Shown here piece after piece: positions 38,384 to 46,176 of a stretch of DNA of 64,000 bases. How positions within the stretch are numbered: the stretch's first letter is position 1; every line of letters starts with the position of its first letter. The stretch is from the NCBI GenBank assembly GCA_016432525.1, contig CP066693.1, positions 30,017 through 94,016 on the forward strand, read 5' to 3'. A program made the translations under genes and the position numbers. Under the pieces are notes generated by a model that saw only the letters and a program-made list of their open reading frames with translations, searched no databases and was not told where the DNA came from. The DNA comes from Candidatus Woesebacteria bacterium (GTDB lineage Bacteria; Patescibacteriota; Microgenomatia; UBA8517).

Positions 38384-38611
38384 TCAGAAAGGGAGAAGTT
38401 CAGACGAGCTCACCTTCAGGGCTTTTGCAATCTTGTAGAGGGTTCTGATGGTTGGATTTCGTTCACCTCTTTCAATCATCCCGATGTATGTCCTGTGCAT
38501 CGAAAGTTTTGCAGCCAGATCCTCTTGAGATACTCCAGCCTCCTTTCGAATCTTTTGCATCTTGTGCCCGAACTTCTCGAGCATATCTCGATGAGTGATA
38601 GGTTTACCCAT
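38384..38611 (-). CDS. XRE-family helix-turn-helix transcriptional regulator (phage cI/Cro-like repressor).
   Basis: KIRKEAGVSQEDLAAKLSMHRTYIGMIERGERNPTIRTLYKIAKAL is a canonical XRE HTH. It is divergently oriented to 38655..38987. Confidence 0.8.
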   Translation of the reverse strand: MGKPITHRDMLEKFGHKMQKIRKEAGVSQEDLAAKLSMHRTYIGMIERGERNPTIRTLYKIAKALKVSSSELLPF

Positions 38612-38654
38612 ATCCTAATCGTAGAGACTGTGAGTATCATTCTCGACATACTCC

Positions 38655-38987
38655 TTGTATGCAAATGTGCTACAATGTAGATGTTTTCCTATGAGCAATA
38701 TTCGTATTTTTGTAGTAGTAGTTGTGATCATCCTGGTGGGATATTTCACCTGGGATACAGTTGTTAAATTAGATGCAGATGTGACCCTCAACAGTGGTGG
38801 TCAAAGCAGCTATGCTCAGCAGTATTTCGGCACTGGGTACACCAAAGAGCAAATGATCAAGCTGAAGAAAGATACTTCAGATTCAATCTTGAGGCGCGGG
38901 ATCTTTCTGGATGCAGCCACACTTCTAACTGGAGCATTCGCACTCCTGGCAACTGGTAAGTTACAATCAAAGAGGAAGGAATCATGA
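38655..38987 (+). CDS. Small membrane protein (110 aa), divergent from the XRE regulator.
   Basis: N-terminal transmembrane helix (IFVVVVVIILVGYF) and a second near the C-terminus. Confidence 0.4.
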   Translation: MYANVLQCRCFPMSNIRIFVVVVVIILVGYFTWDTVVKLDADVTLNSGGQSSYAQQYFGTGYTKEQMIKLKKDTSDSILRRGIFLDAATLLTGAFALLATGKLQSKRKES

Positions 38988-39153
38988 GAAAGAAGTTGAA
39001 ATCAAAGCAGAAAGTTACAAGGCAATCAAATGCACAACGAGGGCTCAAACTCAAGGAAGGGCAATACTACGCTGTATTTGTGCCGAAGAAACACTGATCT
39101 GCTACAATACAATTAACTCCTCCACTTCGATTGATCCTCCTGTTGAAAAGATT

Positions 39154-39504
39154 ATGGTTATGATGCTCAAACCTCGACACCAGAAGTTCGTTCGGGCGTT
39201 CGTTGAGAATGGTGGCAACGCTACCAGAGCTGCGCAAGTAGCTGGTTATGGTAGTGGTGATGGGTATTCGCGTCTTGCGGGACATCGACTGATAACAAAC
39301 GATAACATCAAAAACTTGGTTGTGGCTGAAATGGAAGCTACTGGACTTGGTTTGAAATCACTTGTCAGAAGGCTCAGACAGGTCATTTTTCATCCTCAAG
39401 AGCTTGATGGTATCTCAGTTACAGCTATGAACGCTATCGGAAAATGGCAAGGATGGAATAAACCCTTGACAAAAGTGGACTTGATAGTTCATAGTTTTGA
39501 ATAA
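39154..39504 (+). CDS. Phage terminase small-subunit-like protein.
   Basis: KPRHQKFVRAFVENGGNATRAAQVAGYGSGDGYSRLAGHRLITNDNI matches the Terminase_2/TerS (P27-family) N-terminal HTH region. Confidence 0.6.
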   Translation: MVMMLKPRHQKFVRAFVENGGNATRAAQVAGYGSGDGYSRLAGHRLITNDNIKNLVVAEMEATGLGLKSLVRRLRQVIFHPQELDGISVTAMNAIGKWQGWNKPLTKVDLIVHSFE

Positions 39505-39696
39505 TAAGTAAATAACGCTTCGTTCATTTTGAATAAGGAAAAAGCGTTGATCTCGGTAATGACCTAAGGACAAGCAGATAGCTGTCAAAGGTACAAGGCA
39601 GACCGCCCCGACAATCAGAACCGAGTGAGCCGAAACCCTCAAATTGAGCAGTACCAGCCGAAAGGCTGACTGTAAGATCTGAGGATTTTTTATTTT

Positions 39697-39722
39697 GCAG
39701 CCTTTCATGGCTGCTTTTTTTA
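39697..39722 (+). terminator. Intrinsic terminator after the TerS-like gene.
   Basis: GCAGCC-tttcatg-GCTGC-TTTTTTTat. Confidence 0.5.
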
Positions 39723-39734
39723 TGGCTCACTCGT

Positions 39735-39944
39735 ATGGTCACACCAGAAGCGTTGCAATCATTCAAAGAAATATGCAAGAGAAAGGGCATCAAAATTGAT
39801 GACCAGACCGCTCTTGACTATGCTGAAAGACTCCTGGGACTCATAAGCGCTATCTATCGACCAATTTCGAAGGATAGTCCGTTTTTGAAAGGAGGTGTGT
39901 ATGCTCCAGCAAAATCCAAAACCAGAAGAAAAACTCAGGACTGA
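39735..39944 (+). CDS. Hypothetical small protein (69 aa).
   Basis: ORF only. RBS aaggagg is present near its 3' end for the next gene. Confidence 0.3.
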   Translation: MVTPEALQSFKEICKRKGIKIDDQTALDYAERLLGLISAIYRPISKDSPFLKGGVYAPAKSKTRRKTQD

Positions 39945-40087
39945 TTTGAGCTTGGCTGAGCTGAAGTTGATTGACTTCATCCGAAAGCTCAAATGGGGTT
40001 CGGCTGAGATCACTGTCCAAAACTCACAGCCTGTGATCGTTAAAGTAGCTGTGCAGACAGTCAAATTGACTTGAGGAGCAAAAGCCT

Positions 40088-41083
40088 ATGCAAAACGGAG
40101 AAAACCGAAGCATGAACGGATTCACACAAGTAGAGAACTTCCTTATCGATGAGGTTATGCCTCGTCTAAGGCGACCTACAGCCTGGAGACTGATCACTGC
40201 GATCCTAAGGGACTCTGTGGGTTGGCAGCGCGAGTGGACTGAATGGCATACACGAAAATGGTGTGCAGAAAAAGCAGGGTGTTCAGTGGAAGCAATCACT
40301 GATGTTTGGAATGAGACAGTGCCAAAGATTCTCCTCATGCAAGATGATCGATTCAAAATGCTCACAACGACTGCTGAACGACAGCATGCGGGCAACAGAA
40401 GGAGGCTTACTCGAATGAAAATCAATCCACAGATTCACAAAACATACTTGAGTATTTTTTCCTCAAGTGACTATCACCCAAAGAAAAAATCCACAAGTAC
40501 TCGAGGGAAAAGTGCCGACACTCAAAGAAAGGATGATAGAAAGGAGAATGATCCTGAAGGATCAGCTGAACTCCGTTCTGACATATCAGATAAGCAGAAA
40601 AAACTACTACAACTGGAGGCGTTACTCTCCATAGATGATATTCAGTTTCTGAAATCGCTACTCGATAACTACCCCGAGCTTGATGCTGTCAAAGTAGCCA
40701 CAGACGCTTCAGAGTGGATCAACGATGAAGGACGAGCAAATATCGGTAGTCGAAAACACCTGATAAAAAAGTTTTTCAGCACAGCCCATGAGAAGCTCTT
40801 GAAGCAAAAGCACATGTATGGGCTCAATCAGGCGATGATTTTTCTGGACGGATTCTATCGAATCTATCCTGAACGAAAACCCAAAAAGTTGAAAACTCTG
40901 CTACGACAAGCAAAATTCTACATTGAGGTAGTTGGAAAAGGATACACTAATGAGCAAATGCTTGAGACAGCAAAATGGATGACTTCTATGCTCCATTGGG
41001 CGAATCGATTTGGGTTTGAGGATGTCATCACCGTCTTACCTGCTTATTGTGTGGAAAAAAGAAAAAGGAGGTTGCAAACATGA
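40088..41083 (+). CDS. Putative replication-initiation / replisome-organiser protein (phage or plasmid type).
   Basis: N-terminal wHTH-like segment ENFLIDEVMPRLRRPTAWRLITAILRDSVGWQREW resembles phage replication protein / DnaD-like N-domains. Basic, low-complexity middle section. Tentative. Confidence 0.4.
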   Translation: MQNGENRSMNGFTQVENFLIDEVMPRLRRPTAWRLITAILRDSVGWQREWTEWHTRKWCAEKAGCSVEAITDVWNETVPKILLMQDDRFKMLTTTAERQHAGNRRRLTRMKINPQIHKTYLSIFSSSDYHPKKKSTSTRGKSADTQRKDDRKENDPEGSAELRSDISDKQKKLLQLEALLSIDDIQFLKSLLDNYPELDAVKVATDASEWINDEGRANIGSRKHLIKKFFSTAHEKLLKQKHMYGLNQAMIFLDGFYRIYPERKPKKLKTLLRQAKFYIEVVGKGYTNEQMLETAKWMTSMLHWANRFGFEDVITVLPAYCVEKRKRRLQT

Positions 41084-42900
41084 ATGCTCGTTTGAAAAGA
41101 ATGACCAAAAGAGGTAGTATGTATGATACAAGGAGTATGAAAAATTCAACTTCGATAGGAGAAATCCGATGGGCAGAATACAATCGTCGTTCATCTGACG
41201 AGGGGAAGAAAAAGCAGCTACTTTCAAATAAGTCACAGACTGATGAGCTCGCGAAAAGATATCCCGAAAACGACTTCAAGCGCAAGCATCATATTCAAGA
41301 GTCAGATAGTGCGTTCCATCCGAATAACAGACCAAGGTTCGAACAGTTAATGCAACTTATTGAAGCTGGTGAGATCAACGGCATCATCTGTTGGCATCCT
41401 GACAGGCTCTCAAGGAACTCAATTGATGCAGGACGCATCGTTCATTTGCTCAAGATTGGACAACTCAAGGAGATCAAGTTTGGCTCATATCACTTCGAAA
41501 ATACACCTGAAGGAAGGATGTTTCTGCAGTTAGCTCTGAGTCAGTCAGAATACTACTCGGACAAGTTGTCTGTAGATGTCAAACGAGGCAACACAACACA
41601 CCTGGAGAACGGACAGTGGCTCGGTGCTGCTCCACCAGGCTACCTCAACCTTATTGATCCACTTACAAAGCAAAAATATGTTGATCTCGATCCTGAGAGA
41701 TTCCCACTTCTGCAAAAAGCTGGCAAGCTTTTTCTCACTGGTCGCCATCGAGCAATGGAAGTCTTGGATATTCTCAATAATGAGTGGGGATACCGCAGTC
41801 GAAAAACCGAGAAACAGGGTGATAAACCAATGAGCAAAAGTGGTTTCTACAAGTTCCTTTCAAATCCTTTCTACTTTGGTCAAATGATAAGATCCGAGGG
41901 TGAGTTCACGGGTAGTCACAAGTCAATGTTCACCGAGTCAGAGTTCGATCGAATCCAGATTCTACTTGGTAGAAAGGGACGACTTAGGAACGATGTTCAT
42001 AAGTTTCCTTTCAAAGAGTTACTCAAGTGTGGAGAATGTGGTGGGTCAGTTACCTGTGAGGAAAAATGGCAGATAATTTGCTCGAACTGCAAAACCAAGT
42101 TCCACAAGGGCAAAAAGACCGATCAGTGCCCACAGTGCCATACTTTGATTGAGGCAATGGTCGATCCGACCATTCTCCACTATGTGTATTATCACTGCAC
42201 GAAGCGGGTGAACAGAAACTGTACTCAGGGTTGTATTTCAAAAGGTGATCTTGAAAAAACTGCAGATGTGGAACTTCAAAAGTTTGAGATCGATGAGACC
42301 TTCAGAGACTGGGCTATCGAGCATTTGAATAAGCTCAATAAGATTGAGGTCACTGATCGGGAAAAAATTAGAGGATCACTCAAAGTTGCATACGATGATT
42401 GTGTCAAAAAGATTGATAACTTACTCTCGTTGAAGATCTCAGTACAGAACACTGATGGTAGTGCGATTTCAGAAGCAGAGTACCTTAGCCAAAGACGGTC
42501 ACTACTGGAAGAAAAAGAGAGCCTTCTGGAACGACTCAATGATGTAGATCAGAGACAAAACACCTGGCTTGAACTTTCAGAGCGCACTTTCAATTTTGCT
42601 CTCTATGCTCGTCACTGGTTCGCCTACGGAGACTTACTACAAAAAACTCAGATACTTGCTGGACTTGGTTCGAACCTTCTGATACAGGACAAAAAGTTAT
42701 TGATAGATCGGCACAAACAGCTTTTTCTAATTGAGAAAGGGAAAAAGGAAGCAGAGAATCTTGGCTACTCGTTCGAACCTACAAAAAAGCCCGATTTGAC
42801 AACACAATCGGCTCCTTCTGAAGTCATTCGTTCTGCTTGGCTGCGGGACAGGGATTCGAACCCCGGTACCAAGATCCAAAGTCTTGTGTCCTACCACTAG
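41047..42900 (+). CDS. Large serine recombinase (resolvase/invertase catalytic domain, recombinase domain and zinc ribbon). The start is probably the second Met near 41080.
   Basis: Catalytic YNRRSSDEG (Y-x-R-x-S-S). Recombinase-domain segment LSRNSIDAGRIVHLL. Zinc ribbon CGECGGSVTCEE…CSNCKTKF…CPQCH. The last roughly 20 codons overlap tRNA-Gln on the opposite strand. Confidence 0.85.
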   Translation: MCGKKKKEVANMNARLKRMTKRGSMYDTRSMKNSTSIGEIRWAEYNRRSSDEGKKKQLLSNKSQTDELAKRYPENDFKRKHHIQESDSAFHPNNRPRFEQLMQLIEAGEINGIICWHPDRLSRNSIDAGRIVHLLKIGQLKEIKFGSYHFENTPEGRMFLQLALSQSEYYSDKLSVDVKRGNTTHLENGQWLGAAPPGYLNLIDPLTKQKYVDLDPERFPLLQKAGKLFLTGRHRAMEVLDILNNEWGYRSRKTEKQGDKPMSKSGFYKFLSNPFYFGQMIRSEGEFTGSHKSMFTESEFDRIQILLGRKGRLRNDVHKFPFKELLKCGECGGSVTCEEKWQIICSNCKTKFHKGKKTDQCPQCHTLIEAMVDPTILHYVYYHCTKRVNRNCTQGCISKGDLEKTADVELQKFEIDETFRDWAIEHLNKLNKIEVTDREKIRGSLKVAYDDCVKKIDNLLSLKISVQNTDGSAISEAEYLSQRRSLLEEKESLLERLNDVDQRQNTWLELSERTFNFALYARHWFAYGDLLQKTQILAGLGSNLLIQDKKLLIDRHKQLFLIEKGKKEAENLGYSFEPTKKPDLTTQSAPSEVIRSAWLRDRDSNPGTKIQSLVSYH

Positions 42901-42911
42901 ACGATCCCGCA
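42841..42911 (-). tRNA. tRNA-Gln (anticodon TTG).
   Basis: Reverse complement TGCGGGATCGTCTAGTGGTAGGACACAAGACTTTGGATCTTGGTACCGGGGTTCGAATCCCTGTCCCGCAG. U1:A72 and G73 (glutamine identity). Anticodon loop CTTTGGA. Closely related to the tRNA-Glu at 46080..46152. Confidence 0.8.
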
Positions 42912-43057
42912 ATATAAAGAAGCTCTAAAGTTCTATATTTTATCACAAAAAACTATAAATGAAGAAAAACTGTAGAATAAAAAAGTCCAAGAACTGCTGC
43001 GTAATTTCTACGTATTAGCGTTGAAAAACGCAAGCAGTTCTTGAGTGGTGAGGTGTT

Positions 43058-43333
43058 TTACCCGTTGCGCCTAGCCTGGGTCTTGAACTCAACGATTTTC
43101 GTTGACTCCTCCACCTTCGGCTTGCTCAAAACATTGCCAGCATGGCCATCAAACAGGACAGCTGTGACCAAACTCATGTCGATCACAATGTCGTGCTGAC
43201 TCCTAGCTCTTTCAGCAACTGCGGCTGCATTGGCCCCTACAGGAACTTCTACCGTGACACGGTTTGCTCCGTATACAACGGTAACGGTAACAGCAACCTT
43301 GAGGGGCGCGGGCTCAGTAATCCGACTCGTCAT
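43058..43333 (-). CDS. Ubiquitin-like beta-grasp protein (91 aa) ending …RRNG.
   Basis: Its secondary-structure pattern aligns with ubiquitin: KVAVTVTVVY / RVTVEVPVG / helix AAAVAERARSQ / LVTAVLFDGHAGNVL (compare LIFAGKQLEDG) / KIVEFKTQARRNG (compare LHLVLRLRGG). Last gene of the E1–JAB operon. Confidence 0.6.
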   Translation of the reverse strand: MTSRITEPAPLKVAVTVTVVYGANRVTVEVPVGANAAAVAERARSQHDIVIDMSLVTAVLFDGHAGNVLSKPKVEESTKIVEFKTQARRNG

Positions 43334-43412
43334 CTTACACCTCCATAAAAAAACAAAATGTGCTTCAAAGTTTGACCTAAGAATCCGATAGTATCACGCC
43401 ATTAAATTGATG

Positions 43413-44225
43413 TCAAACCAAAGCATCTGAAATGGATCTCAAAGAAGGCCCCCACAAACCATTCTGGTTTGCGTACACAGCACCTTCAAAAGAGTATGCA
43501 GTAATTTTGTCAGCCAAGTATGCGATAAACACTTGAAACATTAGTGTTGCAGTAGAAATATTAGAAGCAAGTGTTTGTTCTGCACCTTCATCTGTCGCAG
43601 CACTACAGCTCGCTTCATTCCTATTGATGGTTCCATTCAAAAGAACTCCTCTCTCTGCCTTAGCCAGTTCTGAAATCTCAGGATGCAAAGTTAAAAGACT
43701 AGGGGTTATATCTTTTCCTCCACGTCTTATGTGAATACTTACATCCCAATCCAGTTTGTTTGTTCCTCCGTTGACTACACACACATTTCTCAATGATTGT
43801 GCATATTCAGACACAACAGACCTAGGATAGTAAGCGTCAACACAAAGAAAGATCAAGGAACTTTCTTTAACAACATCCGAAACAGGAACTGTTTCTACTC
43901 CATGAATCCTATTATGATCAGTACGAGATACAACCATTTTAGGTATAGCTTCTAATCCCTGAAGCCTCCCCTCAAAACGCATTGTATATGTACCAACCAG
44001 GCTATTCGCTTTATTTCCAGGACGGGCAAAAAACTGTCTTGCACGATTTTTGTCTTCAAAACGATCGTGATCAACAACCAAAAAACGCCGTTTTATAAGC
44101 CCTCTTTCATGAAACATATACTGTGTTAGAAAAAGGGCAAGCCAACTCCCATTACCTCCAGCACCAATTAAGACAATCGAATCGGGAATCATTGATTTTC
44201 TCCTCTCCGAACATACCATAACCAA
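43413..44225 (-). CDS. Minimal E1-like activating enzyme (ThiF/MoeB family). The start is probably Met-12 near 44192.
   Basis: Rossmann nucleotide loop IVLIGAGGNGSWLALFL. Conserved Asp/Arg (LVVDHDRFEDKNRARQ). Candidate catalytic Cys in EASCSAATDEG. Confidence 0.75.
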   Translation of the reverse strand: MVMVCSERRKSMIPDSIVLIGAGGNGSWLALFLTQYMFHERGLIKRRFLVVDHDRFEDKNRARQFFARPGNKANSLVGTYTMRFEGRLQGLEAIPKMVVSRTDHNRIHGVETVPVSDVVKESSLIFLCVDAYYPRSVVSEYAQSLRNVCVVNGGTNKLDWDVSIHIRRGGKDITPSLLTLHPEISELAKAERGVLLNGTINRNEASCSAATDEGAEQTLASNISTATLMFQVFIAYLADKITAYSFEGAVYANQNGLWGPSLRSISDALV

Positions 44226-44881
44226 TCTTCTGGAAAGTAAGAAATCTGATCAGGCATATCAATCAAAAAATCCGGGCTAAGAATAAATCTAAGCCCACAT
44301 ATTGTGACTGACACGCTCATATTAACTGGACCATCAAATACCCTGCCGAGTGTAATGTATATTCCATCAACGCCAGTTTCATTAAAATCATCCTCAAGAC
44401 TATGGCCCGCAAGCATTATTCCATGAGAGTGAATAATCCCAACTGCCAAAAATCCTTCTGGTATCGGCTCAATCTCCCTATGCTGGACCGAAGCGAAACT
44501 TACCTTCTGATGTAGTGGCCTAAAATCCCACTTGTCCTCCTCCGGAGAGTAAAGAATTTGAAGCATTGCCTCACTTTGAAATTTTTCATACACCTTTCTA
44601 AAAAACCCTTTAGCCATCAATATAAGACCATACGGGATCTTCGAGAAAGAAGTGTAGATTTTCTGTTCAAAATTAAGAAGGTCCTCCGGTTGACAAGATT
44701 CAATTATTTTTCTGTTTGTTGGAGCTACAATTTCAATCCAAGTTTCATCTCCTTGTTTTATGCAACCCCAAAGAAAATTGCCGTTCTTGGCAACAACATA
44801 AAGTAAACGTTTGTTGGTTGGAAATTCAAAATTTCGGTCATAAAACACAATCCTCTCACCCATGTAAGTCATCTTAACCAA
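44189..44881 (-). CDS. JAB/MPN (JAMM) metallopeptidase (deubiquitinase-like).
   Basis: Full JAMM motif HSHGIMLAGHSLEDD (HxHx7Sx2D) with upstream Glu. About 230 aa. Its ends overlap both neighbours, indicating an operon. Confidence 0.75.
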   Translation of the reverse strand: MVKMTYMGERIVFYDRNFEFPTNKRLLYVVAKNGNFLWGCIKQGDETWIEIVAPTNRKIIESCQPEDLLNFEQKIYTSFSKIPYGLILMAKGFFRKVYEKFQSEAMLQILYSPEEDKWDFRPLHQKVSFASVQHREIEPIPEGFLAVGIIHSHGIMLAGHSLEDDFNETGVDGIYITLGRVFDGPVNMSVSVTICGLRFILSPDFLIDMPDQISYFPEDWLWYVRRGENQ

Positions 44882-45201
44882 TCCTCCTCAGGAAAATAAT
44901 CCTGACCTCGATGTCTCATCTGATTTAAATATGGCTGAATTAAAGAATCCGCCTCTTTTCTAGTACGATATCCTAAAACAAACTCTTTATCACTAGATGA
45001 TACTTTCTCTATCATCGCATAAGCGATTGCAAGATATATCTCATCCTCTGAAAAACCAGGGAATCTCATAAGAATCGCTTTGACCATTCGTTTAGTTATC
45101 CATTCAAATAACCAATATTCCCCGATTACATCTATGATATTTCGAAGTTTATTCTTAACTGTTAAGTCAGTGTATAACCACTCTTTCAGTTTAATCGACA
45201 T
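44869..45201 (-). CDS. Hypothetical protein (110 aa) within the Ubl/E1/JAB operon.
   Basis: ORF overlapping both neighbours. No Cys. I recognise no motif. Confidence 0.4.
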   Translation of the reverse strand: MSIKLKEWLYTDLTVKNKLRNIIDVIGEYWLFEWITKRMVKAILMRFPGFSEDEIYLAIAYAMIEKVSSSDKEFVLGYRTRKEADSLIQPYLNQMRHRGQDYFPEEDWLR

Positions 45202-45203
45202 TG

Positions 45204-45956
45204 TTAACCTCCTATGTTACGGTCTAATGCTTCTGTAACTGTCAAGTCCGCAGGAAACCAACCAATAGAAGTTATAAACCTTCTCCACGACTTCTTTCTA
45301 CTTTTCCTCACCCAATCCCCAAAATTTTTGGGGTGGTTTCTAGCAGAATGCATATTTCCTTCAAGAAGGTCATCTAAGTCAGAGTTATAGATGCTATTCC
45401 AAAATATATCCACAGCCTGGCCAAGTTTACCTATTAGAGTTCTTTGTCTTGATGCTTCACTAAAATTCATGCAAAGTCTCTTTCCATGGTTGTTGGGTAA
45501 ATTTGCATAAAAGAGTGGATCATTATAAGAACCAATCGCTTGGTTTCTATAATACACAGCTGCGGAAACGTCACCACAAGAGTCTTCTTGAACCACAAAA
45601 ACTACATATGGAAACGCAAGAGGCTTCGCTACCCAAACTAAGGAACTTACTCCAAACAAGCTAGATCCTAGTTTAATATTCCTTATTGAAGGCTCAAATT
45701 CAATCATCACCCTTTTCCAGTTGCTACTTTTTCTAATTGCTACAATTCGTCCACCACTAAAAGTTGGAAGAAAAAAGTCGTTGATTGCATTAAGCCGTAT
45801 AGCGGTAAGCACATCTTCAAACCTGTATTGCGATCCGTCAACATTTGCCTCAATACGAAATCCCCCTTCTGTTTCTTTAAGAACTACACCTCCTAATTCA
45901 TAGAGAATTCCATCGTTGATTAGATACGGTTTATTCTTACCCATCTTTAACTCCAT
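45204..45956 (-). CDS. Operon-leading 250-aa protein ending in Gly-Gly. It has a possible degenerate E2 (UBC-like) active-site context; the role is speculative.
   Basis: C-terminus …TEALDRNIGG*. The segment LPNNHGKRLCMNF loosely resembles the E2 HPN…G…C motif. First gene of the five-gene operon. Confidence 0.45.
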   Translation of the reverse strand: MELKMGKNKPYLINDGILYELGGVVLKETEGGFRIEANVDGSQYRFEDVLTAIRLNAINDFFLPTFSGGRIVAIRKSSNWKRVMIEFEPSIRNIKLGSSLFGVSSLVWVAKPLAFPYVVFVVQEDSCGDVSAAVYYRNQAIGSYNDPLFYANLPNNHGKRLCMNFSEASRQRTLIGKLGQAVDIFWNSIYNSDLDDLLEGNMHSARNHPKNFGDWVRKSRKKSWRRFITSIGWFPADLTVTEALDRNIGG

Positions 45957-45998
45957 TTCATTATTTTAACGAGCGATATAGAAATTATATAAAAAAAG

Positions 45999-46070
45999 TG
46001 AGCCCGACAGGGATCGAACCTGCGACATTCTCCTTAAAAGGGAGCTGCTCTACCGCTGAGCTACGGGCTC
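45999..46070 (-). tRNA. tRNA-Lys (anticodon TTT).
   Basis: Reverse complement GAGCCCGTAGCTCAGCGGTAGAGCAGCTCCCTTTTAAGGAGAATGTCGCAGGTTCGATCCCTGTCGGGCTCA. Anticodon loop CTTTTAA. Confidence 0.85.
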
Positions 46071-46079
46071 AAATTTCAG

Positions 46080-46152
46080 TGACCCCACAGGGATTCGAAC
46101 CCTGGTACTCAGGCTGAAAACCTGATGTCCTAGGCCACTAGACGATGGGGCC
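46080..46152 (-). tRNA. tRNA-Glu (anticodon TTC).
   Basis: Reverse complement GGCCCCATCGTCTAGTGGCCTAGGACATCAGGTTTTCAGCCTGAGTACCAGGGTTCGAATCCCTGTGGGGTCA. Anticodon loop TTTTCAG. Confidence 0.85.
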
Positions 46153-46176
46153 AAAATTGCTACAATATTATATTGT

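Noticed and set aside
43058-44225. A sulfur-carrier (MoaD/ThiS–ThiF–JAB, CysO/Mec-type) interpretation of the E1/JAB/β-grasp genes.
   Set aside because: The β-grasp protein ends in a single Gly after RRN rather than the Gly-Gly of ThiS/MoaD/CysO. No cysteine-synthase or molybdopterin/thiamin partner is nearby. The context is a tRNA-flanked mobile island, which favours a ubiquitin-like conjugation/defence role. This remains to be tested.
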